From Bacteroidetes bacterium GWF2_38_335 (lineage in GTDB: Bacteria; Bacteroidota; Bacteroidia; Bacteroidales; GWF2-38-335), in NCBI GenBank assembly GCA_001769535.1, contig MEOH01000009.1, positions 9,961-73,960 of the forward strand: a stretch of DNA of 64,000 nt, read 5' to 3'. This document shows, in pieces, positions 18,712 to 28,777 of the stretch (the stretch's first letter is position 1; each line of letters opens with the position of its first letter). The position numbers were made by a program, and so were the translations under genes. A model generated the notes under the pieces. That model worked only from the letters and a program-made list of their open reading frames with translations. It was not told where the DNA came from and did not search any database.

Positions 18712-20190
18712 CTAGTTTTGTGCGCCTGATATTTTTATTTTTTTCCCGGGAACCACTTCATTGTCGTCAACAATACTGTTAAGTGCTCTGAGTTGATCGG
18801 CTGACTCGCATTTGAATTTGCCGGCAATACTTTCAAGTGAATCGCCCTGTTGTATCACATAATAAAAAAATGCATTCTTTTCAGAAGCGGGAGTATAGGA
18901 CACATCTTTTTTTGAGATATTATATCTGTAAATGCTGGCCGGATCGAGCCACACTTCGAGTTGCTGACCGGTATGAACATCGTTTTCGGTTTGGTTGTTC
19001 CATGCTTTCAGGTTGTCAATGGAGCAGCCATATTTGAGAGCAATCTTATGAAAATATTCACCTTTTTCAACGGTATGGATTACTTTTACCTTTCCCGATT
19101 TTTCACCTGCATTTGCCAGATGGGTGCCGAAATCGTCTTTGGGCATGACATAGCTGAGGATATCATTTTCCTTTGCGATAAACTCTTTTACTTTATCAGC
19201 AGGAAGCACCAATATTTCGGGTTTGTCGTAAACAGGAATGTAATTGGCTTTATAAGACGGGTTGAGAAATTTCAGTGTTTCGGTGTCAACACTCACAAAT
19301 TTTGTGATTTGCGAAAAATAGGTTGACTGGCTGATTTGAACGGTGTCGGTATCGAAATAGGTAAATCTTGGTTTAATGGGTTTGATGTTGTGTTCGGCTG
19401 TATGGTTCATTACATAAACGACGGCAATAAATGCAGGCACATAATTTTGAGTTTCGGCAGGAAGAAACGGTCTGATTTCCCAGAAAGTGGATTTGCCCCC
19501 CGAGCGTTCAATGGCGTTGCGCACCATTCCGGGTCCCCCGTTGTATGCAGCCAAAGCAAGTTGCCAGTCGTTAAAGGTTTTGTACAGGTATTCAAGATAG
19601 CGGCATGCTGCTTCGGTTGACTTGTATGGATCGCGGCGTTCATCAACGTAAGAATCTATTTTCAGATCGAGCATTTTCCCTGAATTGAGCATAAATTGCC
19701 ACAGTCCGGTTGCCCCCGATTTGGATTTAGCCATAGGGTTTAAAGCCGATTCGACGATGGCCAGATATTTGAGTTCAAGGGGGAGGTCGTATTTATCGAG
19801 TTTTTCCTCGAATATGGGGAAATACAGTTTGGCCAGACCAATCATTTTAGAGGCCAGGTATCTTTTTCTGACGGTATAAAGTTCGATATAATTTTGAACC
19901 ACGCTGTTGTAGTCGAGCTGTATGGGAGTGATGTTGTCCAGTTTTTTCATGCGGTATTCATAAACCAGATCAGAGTATGCGGGCACCGAATCGGCGGGGA
20001 AATCGTAAACGCTATAAACATCGGTAATTTCTTCGGTAACGAAAAAATTAAAGTTATCCAGACTGTCAATGACAGAGGAAATGGGGTCGGCAGGCGGAAT
20101 GGTTTTTACCGAGTCGGTATTGTTGTCTGCCGCACACAGCAACAAAGCCTGAAAAGTCGATAAAAAAAGTAACAGCGATTTTTTGCCCAT
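18712..20190 (-). CDS. Lytic murein transglycosylase with C-terminal LysM domains (MltD-like)
   Basis: 492 aa with a signal peptide and the SLT catalytic block AIVESALNPMAKSKSGATGLWQFM. Two LysM-like repeats follow (HTVEKGEYFHKIALKYGCSIDNLKAWN and YVIQQGDSLESIAGKFKCESADQLRALN). Confidence 0.85.
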   Translation of the reverse strand: MGKKSLLLFLSTFQALLLCAADNNTDSVKTIPPADPISSVIDSLDNFNFFVTEEITDVYSVYDFPADSVPAYSDLVYEYRMKKLDNITPIQLDYNSVVQNYIELYTVRKRYLASKMIGLAKLYFPIFEEKLDKYDLPLELKYLAIVESALNPMAKSKSGATGLWQFMLNSGKMLDLKIDSYVDERRDPYKSTEAACRYLEYLYKTFNDWQLALAAYNGGPGMVRNAIERSGGKSTFWEIRPFLPAETQNYVPAFIAVVYVMNHTAEHNIKPIKPRFTYFDTDTVQISQSTYFSQITKFVSVDTETLKFLNPSYKANYIPVYDKPEILVLPADKVKEFIAKENDILSYVMPKDDFGTHLANAGEKSGKVKVIHTVEKGEYFHKIALKYGCSIDNLKAWNNQTENDVHTGQQLEVWLDPASIYRYNISKKDVSYTPASEKNAFFYYVIQQGDSLESIAGKFKCESADQLRALNSIVDDNEVVPGKKIKISGAQN

Positions 20191-20296
20191 AATTATAGTT
20201 AATTAATATGGCGTCTAATATCGCTATTTTACCTGCGTTAATCTTTCGGAAAAAGGAAAAGTTTTTAACGGTATTTTGTTAATTGGATAATGCTTA

Positions 20297-21610
20297 TTAC
20301 TTGAATAACCCAAAAATATCATTTCCAATAACCAGCACCATCAGCGTAAGCAGGAGAATCATCCCAACCAACTGGACTTTTTCCATGAATTTGTCGGAGA
20401 ATTTTCTTCCCGTAACGGATTCGATGATCAGGAAAATAACATGGCCTCCGTCGAGTGCCGGAATGGGCAGTATGTTCATGAAAGCAAGAATAAGCGACAA
20501 CAATCCTGTAAACGACCAGAACCTTGCCCAATCCCATACCGAACCGTACATCGTGGCAATTTTTATTGGTCCTGCTACCGATTCCCGTGCATTTTCCTGT
20601 CCGCTCACAACTTTACCCAATCCTTTTATATTGGCATACAGAATTTCGTATGCTTCTTTCATGCCATATCTGAATGAATTCCATAATGTATATGGCTTTG
20701 TGCTGTAAGGGGGAATATCGTTTACAAACCCGATTCTGCCCAATGAATCCACCTCAACGGTTACAGTGTCCTGTACGCTGTTTCGGGCAAAAACAAGTTC
20801 AATTTTTTTGTTTGAATTATTTGAAAGAATTTCCCGGCACAGTCCGAATGAACTGACTGCCGTATCGTTGATGGCTAAAATTTTATCACCTTTTTTTAGT
20901 CCGGCCTTATCAACCCCCAATCCTTCGACCACCGAATCGATGGAAAACTCAAAATTGTGAGGTTCAACAAAATCGGGTTTAGTCTTTTTGAACATTTTGT
21001 AAAGGGTATCGGGAATCACCACATCCATTTGTTTTCCGTTTCTTTCAACGGTGATGGTAGACCCGAAAAGGTTGATAATGCTGAACACGTCCTTAAAACG
21101 TTCCACTTCATTGCCGTTAACCGCAATGATTTTATCACCGGTTTGAAATCCAATATCCCTTCCGAGGGGATAAGCATAGATGCCGGTTTTATTAATTTCG
21201 GAAACGGGGATATATTCTTTATGATATCCGAGAAGGACAAAGGTATAGATGAGAATACCCAGGATCAGGTTCATGAAAACTCCGGCCACCATAACGATCA
21301 ACCTTTGCCATGCGGGTTTTGATCTGAATTCATGGGGTTGGGGAGGCAGTTTCATGGCTTCTTTGTCCATGGATTCGTCGATCATACCTGATATTTTCAC
21401 GTATCCGCCCAAAGGCAGCCATCCGATACCATATTCGCAATCACCTTTTTTGAACTTGAAGAATTTAAACCCCCAGGCATCAAAAAACAGGTAAAATTTT
21501 TCGACTCTAATGCCGAAAGCCCTTGCAGCAAGGTAGTGACCAAGTTCGTGCAACAGCACTAAAATCGATAAGCCCAGAATCAGTTGGGCAGCCATAATTA
21601 ATCCATCCAT
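20297..21610 (-). CDS. rseP: RIP (site-2) zinc metalloprotease RseP
   Basis: 437 aa. It has the HExxH motif in LLHELGHYLAARAFG, internal PDZ-like regions and the C-terminal NILPIPALDGGH block. Its start overlaps the dxr stop by 1 nt. Confidence 0.9.
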   Translation of the reverse strand: MDGLIMAAQLILGLSILVLLHELGHYLAARAFGIRVEKFYLFFDAWGFKFFKFKKGDCEYGIGWLPLGGYVKISGMIDESMDKEAMKLPPQPHEFRSKPAWQRLIVMVAGVFMNLILGILIYTFVLLGYHKEYIPVSEINKTGIYAYPLGRDIGFQTGDKIIAVNGNEVERFKDVFSIINLFGSTITVERNGKQMDVVIPDTLYKMFKKTKPDFVEPHNFEFSIDSVVEGLGVDKAGLKKGDKILAINDTAVSSFGLCREILSNNSNKKIELVFARNSVQDTVTVEVDSLGRIGFVNDIPPYSTKPYTLWNSFRYGMKEAYEILYANIKGLGKVVSGQENARESVAGPIKIATMYGSVWDWARFWSFTGLLSLILAFMNILPIPALDGGHVIFLIIESVTGRKFSDKFMEKVQLVGMILLLTLMVLVIGNDIFGLFK

Positions 21611-22767
21611 TATTTTTGTCTTTTCATTAATTCATTAGCAATAATTCGTGCCTCGCGGTCGGTGTCAATAAGGTCGTTGAGCGAAGGTTTTTCGCAAAAG
21701 CTCACCTTAGAGATGGTTTTTTCAATTATTTCGGGCATATCCGAAAAACCGGTCATGCCGTTGAGAAAACCGTTTACCACCACCTCGTTGGCTGCGTTGA
21801 GTATGCAGGGAGTGTTGCCCCCTGTTTTCATAGCCTCAAATGCCAGTGCAAGGTTACGGAATTTTTTTATATCTGGTTGTTCAAATGTCAGATTTGGAAA
21901 TTTCAGGAAATCAAAACGGGGAAAATCAGATTTTAGTCTGTGAGGAAATCCCAGTGCATACTGAATGGGCAATTTCATGTCGGGCAGTCCCATCTGCGCT
22001 TTCATGGAGCCGTCTTCGAACTGCACAATTGAGTGGATTATTGATTGCGGGTGAATCACCACTTCGATTTGCTCAGGGGTAAGGTCAAAAAGCCATTTGG
22101 CTTCGATGGCCTCAAATCCTTTGTTCATAAGAGTAGCCGAGTCGATGGTAATTTTTTCGCCCATTTCCCAATTGGGATGCTTTAGAGCCTGATCCCGGGT
22201 AACTTTTGTCAGATCTTCTTCTGAAAACGTTCTGAACGGTCCGCCCGAAGCAGTCAGATATATTTTTTCAATGTTGCCATATTCTCCGGTAAGACATTGA
22301 AAAATGGCCGAATGTTCGGAGTCAACGGGCAATATGTTAACTTTTTTCTCCAGGGCCAGATTGCGGATAATTTCTCCGGCCACCACCAGGGTTTCTTTGT
22401 TGGCCAGAGCAATATTGCGACCGGCTTCGATGGCCCGGATGGTGGGAATCAGTCCCGAAAACCCCACCATGGCAGTAAGCACCATATCGACGGTTTCCAT
22501 GGCAGCAACCTGAGCAACGGCATCCTGTCCGGCGAAAACCTTAACATCAGTATCTTTAAGCGCTTCAGAAACAAAGCCATACTTTTCTTCGTTTCCGATA
22601 ACGACGATGTTGGGGTTGAATTTTTTTGCCTGAGCAACAAGCAATTCGGCATTGTTATTGGCGGTAAGGATTTCTGCCACAAAAATTTCGGGGTGTGCCT
22701 CGATTACTTCAAGCGCCTGATGGCCTATTGAACCCGTTGATCCCAGTATGGCAATTTTTTTCTTCAC
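21610..22767 (-). CDS. dxr: 1-deoxy-D-xylulose 5-phosphate reductoisomerase
   Basis: 385 aa. Blocks present are ILGSTGSIGHQAL (NADPH binding), LANKETLV and PVDSEHSAIFQC. Confidence 0.92.
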   Translation of the reverse strand: MKKKIAILGSTGSIGHQALEVIEAHPEIFVAEILTANNNAELLVAQAKKFNPNIVVIGNEEKYGFVSEALKDTDVKVFAGQDAVAQVAAMETVDMVLTAMVGFSGLIPTIRAIEAGRNIALANKETLVVAGEIIRNLALEKKVNILPVDSEHSAIFQCLTGEYGNIEKIYLTASGGPFRTFSEEDLTKVTRDQALKHPNWEMGEKITIDSATLMNKGFEAIEAKWLFDLTPEQIEVVIHPQSIIHSIVQFEDGSMKAQMGLPDMKLPIQYALGFPHRLKSDFPRFDFLKFPNLTFEQPDIKKFRNLALAFEAMKTGGNTPCILNAANEVVVNGFLNGMTGFSDMPEIIEKTISKVSFCEKPSLNDLIDTDREARIIANELMKRQK

Positions 22768-22775
22768 AATTAAAA

Positions 22776-23657
22776 TCAGAATAATATAAATTTTTCAGGA
22801 TCAACAGGCGTTCCGTTGTGCCATAGTTCAAAATGCAGGTGTGGCCCCGATGAATACTCGCCGGTATTGCCGAAAATGGCAATGGCCTCGCCCGCCTTTA
22901 CGTGTGTGCCGGTAGTTTTAAGCAACTCGGCATTGTGTTTATAAACCGAAATAAGATTGTTTTCGTGTTGAATCTGGATAACGTATCCGGTTTCCAAAGT
23001 CCATGTATCCATGATAACTGTTCCATCCAATACAGCAGAGATAACATTGGTTTGGGCAGCAACAACATCGGTTCCGTAATGGCTGTTTGCCGCGTCAAAT
23101 TTTTTGGTGATCAAGCCTTTGATGGGAGGAAAAAACAGAATATGGCTGATGTCATCGGCATAGCCAATTTCATCCTCAACCGAAAGCCGGGTCCTGTCTT
23201 CCACTTCAATTTTATTTCGCATGTCAGATTCTTCGGGAGAGAGTGAAAAATCAAGATCGGAGTAATCTGATGAATCAACCGGAACGACATCTGAATTTCC
23301 CTTCATGTTTGGAAGGTCAATTTTTCCGTTAAGAATATCATTAATATTGCCTGCCCATTGTTCGTATTGCATCATTTTTTCATACAGGGAGGAAATTTTC
23401 TCGTGATTTTGCACAAGCAACTCACGTTCGGTGCCGGATGGATATCCGTGTACATAACGATTCAGAGGCGTGTATCCGATAATGACTACGGTAATGGCAA
23501 CGATGGTGCCGATAAAAACAAGAAAAAATATTATTAGATGGATGCGGTTAATTTTAACTGACCAGTTTTCCTTATAGGTTTCAGCATTAATAACGGCAAG
23601 TTTGAACCTGCGTTTTAATTTTGTAATCCATTTTTTCTTTTTTTTCTTTTTCTCCAT
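22776..23657 (-). CDS. M23-family (LytM-like) peptidoglycan endopeptidase
   Basis: Motifs are HYGTDV (HxxxD) and GPHLHFELW (HxH), with one TM segment near the N-terminus. I place the start at ATG 23657 (MEKKKKKKKW); the track ORF begins 18 nt further upstream at a GTG. Confidence 0.85.
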   Translation of the reverse strand: MEKKKKKKKWITKLKRRFKLAVINAETYKENWSVKINRIHLIIFFLVFIGTIVAITVVIIGYTPLNRYVHGYPSGTERELLVQNHEKISSLYEKMMQYEQWAGNINDILNGKIDLPNMKGNSDVVPVDSSDYSDLDFSLSPEESDMRNKIEVEDRTRLSVEDEIGYADDISHILFFPPIKGLITKKFDAANSHYGTDVVAAQTNVISAVLDGTVIMDTWTLETGYVIQIQHENNLISVYKHNAELLKTTGTHVKAGEAIAIFGNTGEYSSGPHLHFELWHNGTPVDPEKFILF

Positions 23658-24090
23658 CTGAAAAATAAAGTGCAAAGATAACTATTTGAATTTATTTATA
23701 GAAACTAAAATGGTTTAGATGGAAAAAGTATGGGGGATTTAACTTTTTATAACAATCAGTATTGTATATGACAAAAAACTATCATATTACAAATATAAAT
23801 CAGGATTCCAGATGGTTATAAAAGATTTCTTTTAGTTAGCCGGCGAATCGAAAAGATAAGGTTATGGAGTATTTTGCAGTGAGATTTGGGCACTAATTAA
23901 GGTTTTTCGTTTTTGGGTTAATGATGAGGGTTTTTGATTATCTACGGATTGAAATCCGCAGTTATGATTGGGGAACCACTTCGTGGTTAGGGGGTGTCGG
24001 GGTTATTATGACTTGTTTTCAGCAATATAAAACTAAATTATATTAATAAAATATGAGTTGTTATAACAGGAAAACAGGTAGTTTTCAAAA

Positions 24091-24384
24091 CACAACTATT
24101 ATTTATCTAAATCTGATGTTTATTTATATAAAAATGATAAACATTTATCTTTTAATGACTTTTTGTTATCTAATTCTGATTATTAGTTTTTTATAATGAA
24201 CGATAATGTATTACAAAAGAATATTTTGTTATATAAAGAAGATAATTGTTTATCCGCATTCGATATTTCATTATGCGGGAACGATATTTTATTATACGGG
24301 AACGATAGTTACTTATGCGCGAAGGATGATTACATATTACTGAAGGATATAAACTTATCATTGGGGGATAAATTGTTATATAAA
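24091..24384. repeat. Degenerate tandem array, 14 units phased at exactly 21 bp (core GAT-N6-TTAT)
   Basis: GAT or GAC sits at 24115, 24136, 24157, 24178, 24241, 24262, 24283, 24304, 24325, 24346 and 24367, all spaced by multiples of 21. TTAT occupies unit positions 13-16 in 11 of 14 units. The best units are AACGATATTTTATTATACGGG and AACGATAGTTACTTATGCGCG. Confidence 0.75.
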
Positions 24385-24418
24385 AGTTATGTTGATTGGA
24401 TTTGTTAAATACAGTGGT

Positions 24419-27400
24419 TTAAAAATACGCCCTAAGCTGCACGCCACCTGTATGAACGGTTTTCAGATCCTCTGACTTTCGTCCGTTATAGGTAAGGTTC
24501 ATTTGCAGGGATTTAGAAAGATTGCGTTGGTAAAGCACTACCCAGGTGGCATTCTTGCCCGGTTGCAGTCCGTCGAGCATGGTATAGGCTACCGGAGTGC
24601 CGGCAGAAGCATTATAGTCAATAAGTATGTAGTTGAAATTTACCGAGAGGTTGCTGGTTGAAAGCACATTATATCTGAATTCGACACCCATATTGTTTTC
24701 AACAGATTTTTCTGTCCCCAGGGTATTTGATTTTCCCGAATATTTATGTGAGATGCTGATGCGAAGGGTATTTCCCGGCTGAAATCTCAATGTTGCTTCA
24801 TTGTCGGTGTAGGGGATTTCGTAATTTTTCCCCGGAAAGTATTCCGATTCATAGGTTTTTTCTCCCCTGTTCACTTTATCCAAAACCATAATTTTTTTGG
24901 TGACATTCCATCTGAACTGCAATCCGTTGAAAAACTGCCTGCGCGTGTCGGCGCCATTGGTAAGGATTATCCTGTTGCTGTTTGCCTGATAGATGTAATC
25001 CAATCCGGCCACCGCACTTGTCCGGTTAAGTGAAAAAGTGTTGCGCACGGTATTTCCAAAACTCATGAGCATGGTATCGCTAAGTCCGGAAGCAAATGGA
25101 TTGAGGTCGTCCATGAGTTCGCCCGATATTTTTTTACTGTTGATTCGATAGGCAAACTGATCAGAAAAATGCGACAATATTTTTCGCACGCCCTTTTTGT
25201 TTTTCCAGAGCCTTTCGGGCATGATATTAAAAAGCTGGTTAAACTGGTTGTTTGCTGTTCGGATGTATTCGCTGGTGGGGGTAAAAACCCTGATGTACGA
25301 GGCCTGATCCTGAAAAACGGCCACCTCGAATTCATCAAGTTCCTTCACTCCGTTACCATTGTAATCGGTCCACTGGAACACACCCTGACCCGGAGCAACT
25401 TCGAGATAAGAAAACTCTTTTTTAACCTCCATGCCCGATCCGGTTTCATAAAAAGTAGAAGAAGAGATGGTGTTTTTAAGTAGCCTTATTCCATATTCAA
25501 ATCTGCCGGTTATGTTGTTGTCGGGTTTGTTTGTGGTTAAACTGTCATTGATTATTTCAAGGTTGCGGTAATTTATGGATGTTCTGAAGGAATGGATTTC
25601 GCTGCCGGCCAGATTTAATCCTGCCGAGAAATCCTCTCCAAGAGTGGCGTCGTTTAATTGGTTGTTTAAAGGCAAAAGGTCTTTACGGTTTTTATAGCCG
25701 ACATAATATTTTGATTTGGTGGTATCGGTATTATTTGCAAAAAGTTCCCAGGTAAAAAATGAAAAGCTGTTGTTCATCAGACTGTCGCTGCCGTTATAAT
25801 TCCATTTGTTGTTTTCGCTGCTTTCGGCGGCTCCGATAGTTATAAACGAAATTGCCTTTGAAAGAGATGCTTTGTGTCGCGCAAAGGCAGTCGTTTGTAA
25901 TCCGGCTGTTGAGTTGAGCAGACTTCCTGATGCATCAATTTTAAATCCCTTTTTATCCAGGAAAAACTCAGCATTATTTCTCCAGGCTTCAAAAATATTT
26001 TCTTTTGTGAGCCATTCAAGTTTATATGCAGCGCGGTTAATATTCCTGTTAATATATCCCAGATTAAAATTCAGAAAATGTTCGCCTGATTTTTCACTGC
26101 TTAAATTCCAGTCGCGCTCAAACTCCACATTTCTAAATCTTTCAACGGGTTCAAAATTTTCATTTATGAGCTGATATCCTGCTCCGGCAGTCATTTTTCT
26201 CAATGTATCGCGAAGGGGGATGTTTTGTTTCAGCGACAGTGTTACGGCATAACCGGTATTATCCTCTGCATTGAGTGATGAAAAGGTGTTGAGGTCGTTG
26301 TTGGTGATGCCGATCTCGGCTCCGGCCGATGTGTTTTTTCCTATTTTATAATCAGTTCCCGCCGAAATCATCTGTTTCTTTTTCGGGGTAACAAGCAGCA
26401 CCACGGGCTCATAACTTCCTTGCGGAATGCCAAGAACGGGAGCCACCCATCGGTAAACCTTGCCGTTTGCAGAGCTTTGTACCTGCACATAATTCCCTTT
26501 GTTTTCGCCCAATTGCGTAAATCCCAGTCTGTACACTGCCGAATCGGGATCGGTGCTGAAAACAAATACTCCGGTGTAAAGGTCGGTGCCAACCAAGGTG
26601 TCTGTTTTTTTGTACAAAACATAGTCGTTGTTAAAGCCAATGCTGTCAATATTTGGCACAAGCGCCAGATTCAGGCTGTCGCCGATTCCCGAAAGGAGTT
26701 GTTTCTGTACGTCACTCAATTCCTGCTGGACTGGCTGGTTTCGGGCATCCTGTTCCGAGTAAATATTAAGCCATGATTTACTGTTTTTTGTGATATATTC
26801 ATTAGAATTATAAACCATAAATCGCGCATAGCTGCGTTCAGAATATTCAAATTCAGCAACAATGCGTTTGTCTTTTGTTACCGGAAAATTTGGTGTAAAA
26901 GTCAGCTCACCCGTGTTATAATCAATCACATAATCATTCTCTTCGCCACGAGTCAGCAATTTGCCGTCAATATAAATTTTTTCGCTGCCGGCCAAAACGA
27001 TGATGAATGTTTCGTTTTCGGCACCTTTAAGTTTATAGGGTCCCTGGTTTCCTTCCTGTCCCGTAATATTCATTCTGCAGTACTTGCCTTTGGCGACGGC
27101 CCCGCTTACAGTTGTTTTAAAAGCTTTTACACCGTTTTTTTCTAACGGAACAATGGTCGAAAACATGGCTCCCTGCACTTTTTTGTTCAACTGCATAAAA
27201 TTTCCGGTTGGCCTTTTGATTTCATAATCTCCAACTGTAAGGCGGTTTTTTTTGTTGAAAACCGAAATGTACACTTTGTCGAACTCCTGGATCTGCTGGG
27301 TATTGCCATCGGGTTGAACGGGAATATTGTTGTCGGTGATGGCAGCTTCGATATCCAGATCGTTGGAAAGTTTACCCGACAGTTGCAGGTTGAGATTTGA

Positions 27401-27859
27401 ATTGACAATAACATCCTGGTTATTTCCGAATGACACACCCCTGGAAATGCTTCCGTTTTTTTTCAACTGGCTGTTGTCATATTCGTACCGGTTGAATTTT
27501 TTTTCGGCAGCAAAGTGGTATTCGACAGTATCTCCCGGTTTGTTCAGAAGATTTTTGTCCTTATGAAAAAAGGGTTTTGAAAGATCCAGGGAAAGAACCC
27601 TGTAAGAAACCGAAATTTTTTCCAATCTGGTTGTTTTAATATATATGCGTGCCCCGGCATGATCAACAAAATATTCTCCGGCCTCAAGCAGGCGGCCATT
27701 TCCTTTTATTTGAAGTGTTCCGGGAATAATACTAAGGGAATCAATGCGGATGGTGTCGGCAGATACAGGGATCTCCCGAATTCTTAAATTATTGATTTCC
27801 TGGGCATTTACCAGAACATCAATGAGCAATGTCAATATAGCCAATAAAAATAATTTCAC
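24419..27859 (-). CDS. Large predicted outer-membrane beta-barrel protein, function unknown
   Basis: 1146 aa with the signal peptide MKLFLLAILTLLIDVLVNAQ. An amphipathic beta-strand pattern runs through the C-terminal half, which ends ...GGVQLRAYF (the aromatic terminal residue typical of OM barrels). Confidence 0.65.
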   Translation of the reverse strand: MKLFLLAILTLLIDVLVNAQEINNLRIREIPVSADTIRIDSLSIIPGTLQIKGNGRLLEAGEYFVDHAGARIYIKTTRLEKISVSYRVLSLDLSKPFFHKDKNLLNKPGDTVEYHFAAEKKFNRYEYDNSQLKKNGSISRGVSFGNNQDVIVNSNLNLQLSGKLSNDLDIEAAITDNNIPVQPDGNTQQIQEFDKVYISVFNKKNRLTVGDYEIKRPTGNFMQLNKKVQGAMFSTIVPLEKNGVKAFKTTVSGAVAKGKYCRMNITGQEGNQGPYKLKGAENETFIIVLAGSEKIYIDGKLLTRGEENDYVIDYNTGELTFTPNFPVTKDKRIVAEFEYSERSYARFMVYNSNEYITKNSKSWLNIYSEQDARNQPVQQELSDVQKQLLSGIGDSLNLALVPNIDSIGFNNDYVLYKKTDTLVGTDLYTGVFVFSTDPDSAVYRLGFTQLGENKGNYVQVQSSANGKVYRWVAPVLGIPQGSYEPVVLLVTPKKKQMISAGTDYKIGKNTSAGAEIGITNNDLNTFSSLNAEDNTGYAVTLSLKQNIPLRDTLRKMTAGAGYQLINENFEPVERFRNVEFERDWNLSSEKSGEHFLNFNLGYINRNINRAAYKLEWLTKENIFEAWRNNAEFFLDKKGFKIDASGSLLNSTAGLQTTAFARHKASLSKAISFITIGAAESSENNKWNYNGSDSLMNNSFSFFTWELFANNTDTTKSKYYVGYKNRKDLLPLNNQLNDATLGEDFSAGLNLAGSEIHSFRTSINYRNLEIINDSLTTNKPDNNITGRFEYGIRLLKNTISSSTFYETGSGMEVKKEFSYLEVAPGQGVFQWTDYNGNGVKELDEFEVAVFQDQASYIRVFTPTSEYIRTANNQFNQLFNIMPERLWKNKKGVRKILSHFSDQFAYRINSKKISGELMDDLNPFASGLSDTMLMSFGNTVRNTFSLNRTSAVAGLDYIYQANSNRIILTNGADTRRQFFNGLQFRWNVTKKIMVLDKVNRGEKTYESEYFPGKNYEIPYTDNEATLRFQPGNTLRISISHKYSGKSNTLGTEKSVENNMGVEFRYNVLSTSNLSVNFNYILIDYNASAGTPVAYTMLDGLQPGKNATWVVLYQRNLSKSLQMNLTYNGRKSEDLKTVHTGGVQLRAYF

Positions 27860-28009
27860 TTTCCGTTACTCTGGTTCTAATAACAACAAATCTGGTCTTA
27901 TATTGCCTGCATTATCATGCAGAATTTTCATGTTGCCACAATTTTTATAAAAATAATCAGTTTTATATAGTTTATTGCTAATTTTGAAAACTTATTATTT
28001 AAAAAATTC

Positions 28010-28774
28010 ATGAAAGCAGGAATAAAAACCATGATTTTGGTAATGCTGGCAAGTATGCTGGCAAGCCACTCAAACGCACAGACAAAATCTGATTCATCTG
28101 CTTTTATACCCATGTTCACCATTGATTACTCGATACAGATTCCAAGAGGCAGCATCAACGAGAGATATGATGCAAACTCAACAATTGGTGCTTCATTCCG
28201 AGTGAAATTAAAGTCGAATCTTATGCTGGGTTTCCGCGGGCAATACCTTTTCGGGGGAAAAGTGAACGACTCCACGCTTTTTCAGCACATTCTTCCCTCA
28301 GGTGGCCGGTTTATAAATATTTTCGGGGAAGAAGCTTCTGTTATAGTTTCTGAAAGAGGTTTTTATTTTGCCGGAGAGATAGGGAAGGTAATTCCGGTTT
28401 TCAAGCACGGTAAAAATTCGGGTATTCTTTTACAGGCAACGGCCGGACTGCTTCAGTACAAAACACGGATTGACAATGACGGAAATAATGTTCCACAAAT
28501 ACTAAATGACTACAAAAAGGGCTATGACCGGCTTACAAATGGTTTGTGTATTTCAGAGTTTGTCGGATATCAGTATATAGGAAAATCGCAGATTGCCAAT
28601 TTTTATTTTGGTTTTGAATTTTATCAGGCATGGACACAATGCCGCCGCAACATCAATTTTGATGTAATGGCCCCCGATACTGAAAAGAAAAAAGACTATC
28701 TGTACTCTTTCAGGGTTGGCTGGATTATCCCTTTGTATAAGCGTTCCGTCGATAACGTGTATTACTATTTTTAA
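28010..28774 (+). CDS. Hypothetical outer-membrane protein
   Basis: 254 aa with a signal peptide ending ASHSNAQ, a beta-rich sequence and a C-terminus ending ...NVYYYF. Its stop lies 3 nt before the waaA start. Confidence 0.55.
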   Translation: MKAGIKTMILVMLASMLASHSNAQTKSDSSAFIPMFTIDYSIQIPRGSINERYDANSTIGASFRVKLKSNLMLGFRGQYLFGGKVNDSTLFQHILPSGGRFINIFGEEASVIVSERGFYFAGEIGKVIPVFKHGKNSGILLQATAGLLQYKTRIDNDGNNVPQILNDYKKGYDRLTNGLCISEFVGYQYIGKSQIANFYFGFEFYQAWTQCRRNINFDVMAPDTEKKKDYLYSFRVGWIIPLYKRSVDNVYYYF

Positions 28775-28777
28775 TCC

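Noticed and set aside
23930-24000. Two short hairpins (cggattgaaatccg and aaccacttcgtggtt) as a possible ncRNA
   Set aside because: The stems are only 4-6 bp with no flanking promoter or terminator features and no second copy in the window.
24196-24408. 70-aa ORF with heptad pattern as a real protein-coding gene
   Set aside because: The 21-bp periodicity that creates the heptads continues upstream past an in-frame TAG. There is no signal peptide or known motif. It is kept as a DNA-level repeat finding and flagged for expression testing.
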